A DNA stretch of 63,932 nt, filler included, from Stramenopiles sp. TOSAG23-3 (Eukaryota): assembly GCA_900128585.1 (NCBI GenBank). It is 57 parts of 57 records of this genome, joined end to end, with 100 filler letters (N's around TTAATTAATTAA, not from the genome) between each part and the next. Parts side by side here need not be neighbours in the genome. Positions count along the whole stretch, not along the records: positions 47,309 to 48,327 come from LT646697.1; positions 48,428 to 49,446 come from LT646698.1; positions 49,547 to 50,564 come from LT646699.1; positions 50,665 to 51,681 come from LT646700.1; positions 51,782 to 52,797 come from LT646701.1; positions 52,898 to 53,912 come from LT646702.1; positions 54,013 to 55,027 come from LT646703.1; positions 55,128 to 56,142 come from LT646704.1; 49 more parts are not named here. One strand, 5' to 3'. The notes below the pieces were generated by a model. It ran no database searches. It was given only the letters and a program-made list of their open reading frames with translations, and was not told the DNA's origin. Positions within the stretch are counted from its first letter, which is position 1. Each line of letters opens with the position of its first letter. Positions 47,309 to 59,614 of the stretch are shown one piece after another. Made by a program: the position numbers and the translations under genes.

Positions 47309-48325
47309 GAACGATACGAGCAGAGAAAGCTGGTTGGCAAAGTGTTTAATCGATTGTTGAAAGGGAAAATAAGCGCTGGGTGGACGACATGGCTTGATTA
47401 TTTAAAATCTGGGCGTCGTATTGACCGGTTAATGAAGCGTGTCGCTATGCGTATGAAAGGAGCATCGTTGATATACTGTTTCGAGAGATGGACTGCAACT
47501 GTTCACAGTAAACACGCAGGCAAGATCATGGTAAAAAAAGTACTATTTCGCCTGAAGAATAGGAACCTTTTTTCTGCCTGGAAAGTTTGGCATTTGCATA
47601 CGCTGGAAGAAAAGTACACAGCTATTTACAAGGATAAAATCGTCGAATTAGCAGTTGGTATGTACAACACTAGGGTGCTCCAGAAAACATTCAGCACATG
47701 GCGGAGGCTCGCAAACCATAATTTTCTGCAGAAACTTGATTACAATGTTAAAAGCTTGGAGCAGAAACTTCACAAGTGTGAACTTCGACTTTATGCTCAA
47801 AGAAAACAAATTGAAGAGAACAACTCTGTACAACAAAAAGCTTTGGAGAGCTATTTCAAAGAGGAAGAACTTGAGCATAAACGTAGGTCATCCATCCAGC
47901 ATGCGTATGAGGCTGCCAGAACAAGTATCCACTCACAGCTGCAGGAGAAGGCCGGCCGGGGGGTTCCCTTCATCCTTGGAGGCAAACACAAACGTTCCAC
48001 CAATAGGTTTGCTAAAATCCAAAACAAACTGGCTTCAACGTTCAACGACCCTCAAAAGCCAGAGGATCTAGGAGGTGTAATGCTTCGTGCACGAGACCAT
48101 GCTATTTCGGTTTTAAGTCGAGTGCACCGAACGCAGTTCGAAGACAACTTTTCTTTGGAAGACCAGGTGAGACCCAGACTAACCGGATCGCCAAATTACT
48201 TTACCCCGACGGCAAAACAAATTTACGCAGAGCTTGATTTAACACCGCAGTCAAAACAACATCACACAGATTATGTTGAAAGGTCAAAGTATCAAAAACT
48301 AGAAAGGGCTCTTCGAGATTTGCTT
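47309..48325 (+). CDS. Sfi1-like Trp-repeat coiled-coil protein (fragment)
   Basis: Periodic GWTTW, CFERW, AWKVW, TFSTW motifs. Confidence 0.6.
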
Positions 48326-48428
48326 AGNNNNNNNNNNNNNNNNNNNNNNNNNNNNNNNNNNNNNNNNNNNNTTAATTAATTAANNNNNNNNNNNNNNNNN
48401 NNNNNNNNNNNNNNNNNNNNNNNNNNNC

Positions 48429-49445
48429 GAAAATGGGGGGAAACTAGGCGAGCAAAAGGGGATCAACATACCAGAGCCATTCAAATCCAACCTACCATCT
48501 TTGACAGAGCAAGACGCCCAAGATTTGGCCTTTGCCGCGGAAAACGGTGTTGATATTATTTTTGCCAGTTTCATCCGAAGCCGCAGAGATGTGCAGGCAG
48601 TTCGAAACGCGCTGGGGGAAAAAGGCAAACGCATTCAAGTGATCTCAAAGATTGAGAATAGGGAAGGTTGCGACAATTTCGACGCAATTCTAGAAGAAAG
48701 CGATGGCATCATGGTGGCCCGTGGAGACTTGGGGATAGAGATCCCCGCTCACACTGTGTTCCTCGCACAAAAAATGATGATTTCAAAATGCAACATTGTG
48801 GGGAAACCAGTGATTTGCGCAACCCAAATGCTTGAGAGCATGGTAGAAAACCCACGCCCAACCCGGGCAGAGCGTGGCGATGTGGCAAATGCAGTGCTTG
48901 ATGGTGCCGACGCAGTCATGCTTTCGGGGGAAACGGCGAAAGGCAACTATCCTTTCGGGGCCGTCGAGATGATGTCGCAAATTTGCAAAGAAGCGGAGGT
49001 CGCCATCGACTACGACAGTCTATTTCGCCAGATGAGGGGGATAAACAGCAAGTCGACGTTGCCCTCGACGTTTCACAAATCTATTGAAACCATCGCAACG
49101 TCGGCCGTGGTCGCATCATTAGAAATTGATGCGACGGCCATCGTTTGTTTCAGCTACAGTGGTGGGATGGTGAGAGCCTTGGCAAAGTACCGCCCGAACT
49201 GCCCTATCCTCTGCGTCACTTCGTCTGAACGCGTTGGCAATTCGGTGCTTTTGAATCGGGGCATAATTCCTCTCTTTATTCCAGAAGAAGACATGCAAGA
49301 TTTAAGCAAAGGGATGAGCACAGTGATGAAAGAGTTGGGAGACATGAAGTTGTTTTCCGACGCACAGAGTGGGAACGACAGCACGGAGGGCTCGGGAAAG
49401 CTTGTGGTAATTGGGCGGTTCGATGTCAATAGACCGCACGACCCA
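48429..49445 (+). CDS. PK: Pyruvate kinase (C-terminal half)
   Basis: [42 protein letters not shown]. Confidence 0.96.
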
Positions 49446-49546
49446 GNNNNNNNNNNNNNNNNNNNNNNNNNNNNNNNNNNNNNNNNNNNNTTAATTAATT
49501 AANNNNNNNNNNNNNNNNNNNNNNNNNNNNNNNNNNNNNNNNNNNN

Positions 49547-50563
49547 CTTGTCCTGAAAGCCGAAGAGGCTGGAAGCTACGAAGTCCCCGTAGAACTGAAG
49601 AGTCAGGATCTCAAGTACAATGGTACTTCCTTGTCCAAGACAGTCATCGTGGAGCCGCTAAAGGTGACCATCCCAAGACCTTCCCAACCGGTCGTTTCGG
49701 TGGACGCGGACCGAATGATAGTCTCATGGACCCCCAAGGCAGGGACCTACGAAATCCAGTGGGCTACAGAGAATACTTTTGCAGAAGCGAATGCTAGCCT
49801 GACCAACCGTTCCACCATTACTATCCCTTCAAAAGCTTTGGCAATGACCATCGTATACACCAGAGTGCGCCAGCGAGTAGGCGTAGATGCAAGCGACTGG
49901 TCCATTGTGTCCGCCGCATGGACCACCACCAGCACCTGCGATATTGCCAACCAATACTTGGACGCCGCCTCCAGCGACCCGCTGCAATGGAAGTGCGCGC
50001 AATGCCCCGAGGGCGCCTCCTGCATTGGCGATACGACATGGAAAGAAGTGAAGGCCCTGTTTGGCTGGTGGCGGCATTCCATGGGTCCCGTGAGCAATTT
50101 TTCCGAGTGCCTGTTTCCGCCAGCCTGCCTAGGGGCTAGCAATCCAGTCTTTCGAGGAAAGTTTGTCAATGCTTCCGGCTCCGACCCCTCCATGGTCGAT
50201 AGCCCAGAGCAGTGTGCCCTTCGCGATGGCTATGCCCAAGCATGCGATGGCGACGGTTCGCCTCGCTGTCGGCTATGCGCCACCTGCGCAAATGGCTACC
50301 GCCGCCGCGTGATGGACGGCATGGCCCGCTGCGACAAGTGTCCAAAGCCGACGGAAAATCGGCTGAAAATTGCCGGCGGAGGCGCCCTCGCGATGATATT
50401 ACTGGCCTGTCTGGTCCGAGCCAATCTAGGCAGTGGAGGCAAACGAACGATGGCAGAAATGTTACAGATCATTATCCTAGACTACTTGCAGCTCTCCTCC
50501 TTGGTGGTGGCAATGGATGTCCCATGGCCGGACGTGCTTCAAGTGGTCTTCAACATTCAGGGC
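49547..50563 (+). CDS. FN3-like + Cys-rich + multi-pass TM receptor-like protein (fragment)
   Basis: VSW....YEIQW; C..CPEGASC, CLFPPAC, LCATC..GY; IILDYLQLSSL...DVPWP. Confidence 0.78.
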
Positions 50564-50664
50564 GNNNNNNNNNNNNNNNNNNNNNNNNNNNNNNNNNNNN
50601 NNNNNNNNTTAATTAATTAANNNNNNNNNNNNNNNNNNNNNNNNNNNNNNNNNNNNNNNNNNNN

Positions 50665-50852
50665 ACGGCACGACGAAACGGCTGATTTCCGCGCGTCGTC
50701 GAATTCTCTGTATTTTAACGTGCCATTTCCAGCTCTTCTGGGGCCCTTGTCATCCATTCTTCTGTGATTTCCTCTGGACTCTGAGGGATTTTAATGCCTT
50801 TCGTTTCCAGAGATTCTGGCGTTTCGAAGGCAGAGGTGCCGTTTTCTGACAT
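50665..50852 (-). CDS. Possible start of an EcKinase/APH-like phosphotransferase
   Basis: MSENG...IPQSPEEITEEWMTRA resembles the N-terminus of this family; possible frameshift afterwards. Confidence 0.3.
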
Positions 50853-51781
50853 GGCGGTGTGTTCTAACTCTTAAGTGGGGTAGTACTCTATGTACTTCAA
50901 ATTACACCATATCCCAAGTTTCACTCCAGCCTGAGACGCGAAAGACTAGAAGTAATAATCGAAAGGAATGGAAGGCAGCCGGTATACAGCACGCGCATTT
51001 CGTTCTACCATTGTTTACCCCCAAAAAAAATATGGTTGTTGAAAAGGGCAGTGCCACCATCGATGTATACTTATGATTGTACTCGAATGACAATTGAATT
51101 TCAAATAACCAAGAAGATTAAATCAATTAAGAAGAAGAGAGAGAGAAAAGAAAGAACCCTAACAACAAGAAGAATTTCTAGAAGAAAGAAAAAAAGAAAT
51201 AACTCCTCTCTCTCTCTCCTTCCTGCCTCCTTCATGATGGCTGCTATTAAGATAGTAAAGTAGACGACTAAGACGAAGCAGTATTTATTTATAACTTATA
51301 AATTAATTAAAATATTAATACCAACAAAATGAATCCATCCTTCCTTCCTTCCAGCAGTCTCCAGCAGAAGAAAAAGAAAGAAGAGAAGAAGAAAGAAAGA
51401 AACCAAAATTATTTGATATATTCTTCTTTGAAAAAAAAGCTCTGTGGTGTGTATACGTAAATATAAGGAACTAAAATAACAAGGCTAATATAATAATGCG
51501 ATAATAATATAATAATAAGAAGAATTATTTTATTCATTCTATAATTCTTCTTCTTCTTTTTTTTCAATCTTCAACATTTTTTTATTCTTCTTCATTATTA
51601 TATAAAGAATCCCAACTGTCAGTTTGGTTGATGATACCTTAGATACGTCGACTACCTTAAATGAACTATTAGAAGCGAGTGNNNNNNNNNNNNNNNNNNN
51701 NNNNNNNNNNNNNNNNNNNNNNNNNTTAATTAATTAANNNNNNNNNNNNNNNNNNNNNNNNNNNNNNNNNNNNNNNNNNNN

Positions 51782-52797
51782 AGCGCTAGTTTTGCTGTAT
51801 TTTGCGAGACCCCAAGGACATCGTTGGTGGTTTGATCCAGGGCATGATTGGCGAGAGGTGGTGTAGACGCTCCTGAAGAGGTCGGTTGTGTAGACGCTCC
51901 TGAAGAGGTCGGTTGTGTAGACGCTCCTGAAGAGGGCGGTTGTGTAGACGCTCCTGAAGAGGGCGGCGGTGTAGACGCTCCTGAAGAGGGCGGTGGCGGC
52001 GGCGGCGGTGTAGACTCTGTGAAAATACCAGAGGGGCATCCACCTTCTTTCCCGTCGGCCCAACTTGCGGAGTTTTCCTGCATAGCGTGTTGCATAGCGC
52101 ATGGCAGCGAAGATTCTAAATTTTTATCGGTGGCCTTGTCCATAGTTTGCATTGTGATAGGGCGCGTTTCATTGACAAACGTCTCTACGTATTCTTTCGT
52201 CATCAGATTTACGTATGGGTCAGCAGCCTTCTCTGTTGCCTCTGACATACTCATTTCTGCCGTATTCCGCATCAAGTTTCTAACCTCCAAGTAGGCGTAT
52301 ACATCAGACGCCAGTGCGCCACTCTTTAGTTTGGTATCATTGACTTTTCCCGTCAGAATGGCCTGCCGAATTGCATGGATGCCTGGCAAGCTTCCTTTTT
52401 TCTCTAGTTTCTTCTTCCTCAACGCACGAGCGTAATGAAAGTGGTGACGCTGCATTGCGTACATAACTTCGAGCAGAGTGCCCATCGGGGGTTGATCTAT
52501 CACGGACAAGTCTAACGGCACTTCGCCTGTAAAAACTTCGCCCCCGGCGTTTGTCAACGACACCGGTGGAAAGACGGTCTGCTCATCCGGGGGCAAAAAC
52601 ATCAAAACGCACTTTGGCAACTTTGATGCCGGGCCGCGCGAGGCTTCCAACGACCTGCGGATGGGGTCCCCAGGGCCCTTTCGCAGGTCAACGAATGCAG
52701 TGTAAACGTTGCTAAGGTCACTGCGAACGGTTACTTCTTTGTCGTGCCGGTGCTGCACGTGCCTAGTAAATATGTGCGCCCCAGACTCGCTGTGCGG
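51782..52797 (-). CDS. Hypothetical protein with 9-aa tandem repeats (fragment)
   Basis: Open frame across the contig; SSGAST[PQ]P[PT] x5. Confidence 0.6.
51858..51995. repeat. 27-bp minisatellite x5 (coding)
   Basis: GTAGACGCTCCTGAAGAGG unit repeated. Confidence 0.9.
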
Positions 52798-53291
52798 NNN
52801 NNNNNNNNNNNNNNNNNNNNNNNNNNNNNNNNNNNNNNNNNTTAATTAATTAANNNNNNNNNNNNNNNNNNNNNNNNNNNNNNNNNNNNNNNNNNNNATT
52901 GAAAATAAAAAAGACAGACACCTGCTGAAAACAACATTTTTAATTTCAATGGTATTTGTATGTTAATTTAATAGTTTTATATATTATAAAAGAAAGAAGA
53001 TTTTTTTACTTCAATGCTATATTATGTGACTGTTATATTAATAATTTTGTCCCTCCTCCTTTTTTTACATTTTGTCCGTATTATTGTTGTAGTATAAAAC
53101 AACATACCCATTCCCTCCCTTCGTAAACGGAATTAATACCATAACGACCAGTATGTGAATCGAATCGATTTCCAATACGAATGTATTAAATAATTCGTAT
53201 GGGAAAAATTGTTAAACAATTTACAAAGGTTTCAAATAATTCAACAATAACACCAAAAGAAAACAAACAAACGAAAAGGCAACTGTACAGA

Positions 53292-53762
53292 ATGTCACGT
53301 TTTGTGTCAACTCATTTGCCATCGGTTCGGGGTGTAAGGGGGACCCGGCCGTACTTGAAATATTTGTCGTCCTACTGCGCCGGTGGTGGCACACAAGGGA
53401 CAGGGGCTTACAAAATCCACAAGGAGCGCGAGAGAGAGGAAAAGAGGAAGGTGAAAAGTTACAAGCAGCGAATGAAGCGAATTCTGTGCGGAAACGAAGA
53501 CAAAGAAAACACCGACGGTAAACTGCCGGTGATTTCGAAAAAAAAGGTGCTGAAGAAAAACTTGTCAGTAGACATTTTGAGCACGCGGGTCAACAACGGG
53601 GTCAACGACATAGACTTTCTTAGCTTTCCGAAAACCCCGAAAACACCGTGGAATAAATACTGTTCGTTTCACACACGAGAACATGAAAATCAGTACAACC
53701 AAGGAGTCAATAAACACAAGAAACTCCAGGACGAGATCCTGCGAACTTACCACTTACGATAA
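53292..53762 (+). CDS. Hypothetical basic protein
   Basis: Higher-GC ORF within AT-rich flanks; start uncertain (53199 or 53292). Confidence 0.5.
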   Translation: MSRFVSTHLPSVRGVRGTRPYLKYLSSYCAGGGTQGTGAYKIHKEREREEKRKVKSYKQRMKRILCGNEDKENTDGKLPVISKKKVLKKNLSVDILSTRVNNGVNDIDFLSFPKTPKTPWNKYCSFHTREHENQYNQGVNKHKKLQDEILRTYHLR

Positions 53763-53766
53763 GTTG

Positions 53767-53912
53767 AAAAAAAAACAAAATATATAGTATGTTTTAAGAC
53801 TCTCATTATGTTGAATAATATACTTTTGCAAATTTCGTTTATCATATTTATATTAAAAGCAAGAAAATTGGCTGTTATTTAAGTAATTAAAATTAATGTA
53901 CTGCGAACTGAA
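53767..53912 (+). mobile_element. Fourth cluster of the repeat family; the contig ends at the repeat terminus
   Basis: Full copy 53855-53912; 53767-53807 is reverse-complement similar to 44793-44840. Confidence 0.65.
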
Positions 53913-54012
53913 NNNNNNNNNNNNNNNNNNNNNNNNNNNNNNNNNNNNNNNNNNNNTTAATTAATTAANNNNNNNNNNNNNNNNNNNNNNNNNNNNNNNN
54001 NNNNNNNNNNNN

Positions 54013-54662
54013 TTCTTTACAGTTGACAAGCGGCTGAGGTCACCGGCTTGCCCCGTTTCGTAGCAAATTCCCAAGCCACCGAAACTACCGACGAACTCAT
54101 CGGTAGTCGCCCTTTTCCCACAACCAACTAGAAAATTTCGATCCAGCAGCAGGTCTATCGAAGAAAAATACTTTGAAACGAATTCTTGGTGGGCAGGGGT
54201 GTACTCCCCAGCTACCCTTAAAAATGGATTTGACGGTTTGTTAGTTGCATGTATGTCAATGAGCAAGTCGGTCTGGGATAAGATCGGTTTTATTTCATCC
54301 GCACGAAGCTGTTCGTAAGAGGAACACCCAGGCTCTGCGTTTAATTCAAAACACCTGTTTAAATCGGTTTCAGGGGCAGTGGCTCGTTTTCCAACTTTAA
54401 TTGCCTCAGGATTTCCAAACCCAGTGTAAAGTGTTCCGTTCATGTTCTTTTTCACATGGTCTGGCGTATTGTCAAGCAAATCATTGAGCCACTCAACTGC
54501 CTGTATCCCCAACAGCTCATTCCCATGCACCCCTCCCAAAACTGTCAAAATTTTACCCCTCCCCCGGCCAACATGCTCCCGAAAGTGCCCTGGCAACTGC
54601 GTAGAAAAGGAAGCAGAAAGCGTGCGCCACTTTGCACCACCCTGGAAAAAACGCAACATCAT
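54013..54662 (-). CDS. Succinylglutamate desuccinylase/aspartoacylase (AstE/AspA, M14-like) with a probable mitochondrial presequence (5' part)
   Basis: GGVHGNE, GNPEA, DLNRCF, LIDIHAT, YETG. Confidence 0.88.
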
Positions 54663-55149
54663 TGTGGGAGTCTTTGTAATAGCAAAGGAGGCAAATAAAT
54701 GCTATGTTCAACAACACGAATATTTTTTCTTTCGGACCGTTTATCGTGTAATCGTTTCGTTTCTTTTATTTTTTTGTGTTTACTTTAATTGAGAAAATGT
54801 TTGTGTTGATTGTATTATTATTATATATTGATGAATGAGAAGAAGATGATATGATGATGATGGGTGGTTTTCTTTCTTCTTTTTCTTTTTTTTCTTCTTC
54901 TTCTTCGAAAAAAAAAAAAATAAAATAAAAGAAGGCATTTATTTAATTACATTACACAGCAGGTATTAAACCCCCGCCGCCCCCGCCAACTTTTGAAGAA
55001 CTTTTGAACTTTTGAACTTTTGAACTTNNNNNNNNNNNNNNNNNNNNNNNNNNNNNNNNNNNNNNNNNNNNTTAATTAATTAANNNNNNNNNNNNNNNNN
55101 NNNNNNNNNNNNNNNNNNNNNNNNNNNGATAGAATTGTTTTAGGAAACC

Positions 55150-56141
55150 ATGCAACGACAACCCTTTATAGAATTTAAAAGTGAACACGCGAACGGAAGA
55201 AGAAGTAAAAGATTGGAGGTATAAAAAACGTTTTGTGTTCATTCCTTCTTCCAGGACTTAGCTTTTTCGAAAGCATACACCATGTGGAAATCTACGAAAC
55301 AGTTGATTTTGTCAGGCGGCGAGGGTGAAAACAGCAAGAGTTGTATACTAGTTCCATGTATTGAAAACGAAGAGCTGAGGAAGGCATTGGCAGACGGCGG
55401 TTTTCCTGCGCTTGTAGGTTTAAAAGAATACTTTGTGCCATTCATGCGTTCTTTGGTATCTTTTCTGGAGACTGACGTAGGAACAAGGCAGTATCATTTG
55501 AGAGTATGTAACTTTCGTGATCCCCTGACGAACCGTGGCACACTGACCCCAGCCGAACTAGCTGAGGTGCTATTGATACCGATCAAGATGTCTTCGTTTC
55601 TGAAGAATGACGATGCTTTGCTGGCGCAACTAAAACAGGGGATAGCATTATTAGGCGAGGAAACAGACAACACAGGCGACCCCCTGGAAAGCATGATGGA
55701 TAGAGCAATCGGGTACGGGTTTTACATTTTTGTTGTTGGAGTAGTTAGCGATTCGTCAGGCCCGCAGGCTCCGCGGGCGCCCGCTTTGGAAGACATCGAT
55801 ACGAAAATTGAGTACGTCGACAAGCAGGGGCGGGCTGTGAAAGTGCCGCTGACGCAGCGGGAGTGTATGACAGCGGAGGGCAAACTATGCCGCGCGTTCA
55901 TAGATGCCCAAGGAAGACCCAAGCTGGTTTCTACGTGCAATCGGTTTGTGCGGAGGCAGACGGAGCTGAGCGACGACGAACTTTTTGAACTTTGGAGTTT
56001 ACCATTTAACCCACCAGGGGACTCGGCGGAGGCTTCGCCGACGTTAGAGTACGTTGATTGCCGCCTGAACTGTGGAAGGTTTCAGAACATTGCTCATTTG
56101 CACCTTAAAGTTGGATTTCTTCAGGACGAATTCAACAAAAA
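55150..56141 (+). CDS. Hypothetical protein with a C-terminal HIT-like domain (two exons, partial)
   Basis: Exon 55150-55218 joined to 55255 onward; RFV..QTELSDDELFELW and LNCGRFQNIAHLHLKV. Confidence 0.6.
55219..55254 (+). other. Putative 36-nt GT-AG spliceosomal intron
   Basis: GAG|GTATAA...TTCCTTCTTCCAG|GAC; contains an in-frame TAA, and removal joins two in-frame open segments. Confidence 0.65.
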
Positions 56142-56242
56142 GNNNNNNNNNNNNNNNNNNNNNNNNNNNNNNNNNNNNNNNNNNNNTTAATTAATTAANN
56201 NNNNNNNNNNNNNNNNNNNNNNNNNNNNNNNNNNNNNNNNNN

Positions 56243-57255
56243 AGGGATGGGCTCCGGGTGCTGTCCTGGGCGCTCGGGATTTGCCCGAAGCTGGCCTTCA
56301 GCTGCGCCCGGGCAACCTGCTCTTTGTTGGCGGAGCCGTCCCCTGGGCCGCTCTGGGCGCCGCCGCGCTGCCCGGACGCGCCGCCGGAGCTTCCCGGCGC
56401 TTGCCCTTTCCCTGGGGTGCTCTTGATTTTCTCCAGGATGTCTTGGGCTTTCTTTTTCGAGACGCCACGGCCAATATTACTAAGGGGGTCGTCGAAACTA
56501 CTACGGGGGGGGACGGCCGCCGCCGCCCCCGAGGTCTTCTCCTTGCTATCGTTTTTGTCTCCTCCGACGCTCTGCAAGAGCGACACATAAATCTCTTGGT
56601 CGTCGTAAAAGTCCGGCTCACTATTTTCAGTCACGTAATAATCCACATCGTCCCGGATGGTCTCGACGTCCGCTGGCTGAAGTTTCTTCTCGTCCAGCAG
56701 GAACAGAATTTTCTCTAGGTTTTGAACGTGCCACCCGTGCTGCTCCACCACCTGCTGCTGGGCGTCGATTTCCGCCTGGTTGGATTTGGAGCTCTTCTTC
56801 TTCTTTTTCGAGCTGGCGCTGATCAAACTTTCTATGTTTTCCTCTACCTTTGAAACCTGCGACTTCAGCGAGTCGAGCTGCGAGCAGAGCCAGCCTCGGG
56901 TCGAGTTTGACGAGGAGTTTGTATCGTTCCGGGCCGCCTTGGCAAGACCGATCTTCGAGTACGTTTTCGTTTTCACCTCCTTCTCGCAGCGCTTGAACTG
57001 CTCCATCTTTTGCTCAATGACTTTCCTGGCCTGTATTAGCTTCTGCGTTTCTTTAAGGTCTGAGCCCTGGATCCACGTCTTCAGCTGGTCCCTCAACCGC
57101 TGCAACTTCTTGATTTCCTTCTTCAGGTCCGTTTCATACTTCTGCTTGTGACTCTTTTCCTCGGCCTGGTAGACTTTCTCGTACAACCGATCGAACACAT
57201 CCACGCCTTCGTCGATCTTTTTCAAGGTCTGCGCCACTTCCTTCTCCAGCTTCCT
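56243..57255 (-). CDS. CNOT3: CCR4-NOT subunit 3 (Not3/Not5 N-terminal domain)
   Basis: RKLEKEV..TLKKIDEG, KYETDLKKEIKKLQRLRDQLKTW, MEQFK.CEKEVKTKTYSK.GL. Confidence 0.94.
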
Positions 57256-57357
57256 GTNNNNNNNNNNNNNNNNNNNNNNNNNNNNNNNNNNNNNNNNNNN
57301 NTTAATTAATTAANNNNNNNNNNNNNNNNNNNNNNNNNNNNNNNNNNNNNNNNNNNN

Positions 57358-58066
57358 CCAAATCGACCGGAATGTAAAAATTGAACCCCAACGTGAAACA
57401 TACACGGGCTATCGCAGCATACTGGACAACTGCAGCTTCAAGGTGGGACTGGTCGAGGGCAGGGCTCACATTGTTACTTTTTGAAAAACTTGGGCTTTGG
57501 CCACCGTTCTCTTGTTTTTTTACCAACTCTCGCTCTCTTTCCATATACGATCTAACACAAATCAGCCTGGCCAAATATTTACCAACAAGGGGGAGAAGGT
57601 GGTTGCCACCACGGAACTCTTCCTCAGTCGTTACTTCGTTCCTTAGAAGCCAGTTGAGCGTCCCTGGAATAACGGTTCGATAGGTTTCAAACATGCTCGC
57701 CCCTACAAACTGAGAAAGCGTGCACAGTTGTATATACCTGTTGAGACTCTCTAAAAGACGATGGAACGGTCCCAGCACGGCGCGGAACCCTATCGAACGC
57801 CCCCGCAGGATATCGTTCAGCACTTGAAACTGCACCTCAATTTCTTTTAACAATTTTTCCCTGGACGATTCGTTGGTCTCTTGCTCCAACACTGGGGCGT
57901 CGTCGCCGGAAGAGACGTATATGGTAGTCCCGTTCGGCTCGCCCCCTCTATCCTCTGGAGCCCCATTCTCGGGTTTTCTGGTTGCGCCACGATCCTCCGA
58001 GCTTTCCGATACCGCTATGACGTCACCGCTCCGCACGTCGCCGGGACTACCAGCAAAAGATGCCAT
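57358..58066 (-). CDS. Hypothetical protein (5' part)
   Basis: Long ORF starting after AT-rich upstream DNA. Confidence 0.55.
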
Positions 58067-58472
58067 CAGCGAACTGTTACCGGACGCGAAGCAGCAAAGA
58101 CCCCAAACCTTTTTGCTTCTATTCCCTTCGGAAAAAAAAACGGATCGATCGTTACAGCAGCTGTACTTTCCACCACCGTTGAGGGCTTCGTCCGTGTAAA
58201 TAAGAAAAAGAATTTCCTAACCTGTTTATGACGCTCTTTTCTATTCTTCGTTCGAAAAAGACTACAGAAGTAATAAATAACAAAATCCATCCATCACCTC
58301 GTTCCCCCCGTCCGTATTATTTATTACATTCAATTCGTTTGTTATTTCCATGTATTATTATTATATAATATNNNNNNNNNNNNNNNNNNNNNNNNNNNNN
58401 NNNNNNNNNNNNNNNTTAATTAATTAANNNNNNNNNNNNNNNNNNNNNNNNNNNNNNNNNNNNNNNNNNNNG

Positions 58473-59135
58473 CTGAATTTGTTAATCGGATTAATTTTAA
58501 AACTGGACGAGAAAGGAGAGTACGAATCCCATACGGTCGGGGCACTGCTAGTCTTAATGAACGTCGCCGTAGTAGTTCTTTCGCTCGGGTTGTCCTTGAT
58601 GGCATTTCCTACATGCACTCGAAAAGGTGTTTTAGAAAATATCAAGGTCTGCAAGAAACGCTGCACGGTGAAGCACGCCAAAAGCAGCATACAAGCAAAC
58701 GCACTGGCCGCTCAAAATTGGAAGGCCGAGAGGACGAAAAAGAAGCAAATTGCGAGGCTCATGAAAGCCTTGGAGGCGTCGCTTAAAGGGGATGTCTTGG
58801 AACGCGCAATTGAAGTCGCCGTTCGAGTATCAAAAGAACCCATGGCTTTCAAGGATGCCCAGCGGCAATGGAACTCGGTGACGCAAAACATCAGTAACAA
58901 ATCCCAGCGGCGAAAGGTCTTGAACTTGTTCAAACTCGTGTACACATCTTCCTGCCCATCGCCCTCTGTCACTGTCGAACTAAATAAATGGAATGACAAC
59001 CCCTTCGCAAAGAAGAAACGGCAGAGCATGTGGCGCCTGTGTACTGATGAGAAAACAGGAAAAACTTACTATTTTAATGACACAACGAAGGATAGGCGGT
59101 TTTCAATTCCAGTGCAGAAACAAGTAATAGTTTGA
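58473..59135 (+). CDS. Multi-pass TM protein C-terminus with a terminal WW domain
   Basis: LLIGLILKLD and last TM helix; WRLCTDEKTGKTYYFNDTT...F.IP. Confidence 0.75.
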   Translation: MNLLIGLILKLDEKGEYESHTVGALLVLMNVAVVVLSLGLSLMAFPTCTRKGVLENIKVCKKRCTVKHAKSSIQANALAAQNWKAERTKKKQIARLMKALEASLKGDVLERAIEVAVRVSKEPMAFKDAQRQWNSVTQNISNKSQRRKVLNLFKLVYTSSCPSPSVTVELNKWNDNPFAKKKRQSMWRLCTDEKTGKTYYFNDTTKDRRFSIPVQKQVIV

Positions 59136-59614
59136 ACACTAAATGTATAGAATTATGATTTTTGATAAAAGTAGCCCCATATACTACTGATAAATACACT
59201 ATAGTTTTTAAAATTATTTTGTCTCAATTAATTTATAAATTTAACTTTTTTACATGTAACCTTGGAGTGAGTCCAGAATTAAAAAAAAAAGTACAAAAAA
59301 TCAAAACTGAAGCGTACTAAAAAATATGATCCTATCACGATTTACACTATGCAATCTTGTACTAAATATACTAGGCAAAACACCGATCAGCATCCATTCA
59401 TAACACTGTGCGGATGCTGGATTCGCGATGTTCCTATTTCGTTTCGTACGAATGTTTGGATACCATACATAGTCTATCGGACAANNNNNNNNNNNNNNNN
59501 NNNNNNNNNNNNNNNNNNNNNNNNNNNNTTAATTAATTAANNNNNNNNNNNNNNNNNNNNNNNNNNNNNNNNNNNNNNNNNNNNTGAGGCCAGCCCCACC
59601 CATAACGCACTTAT

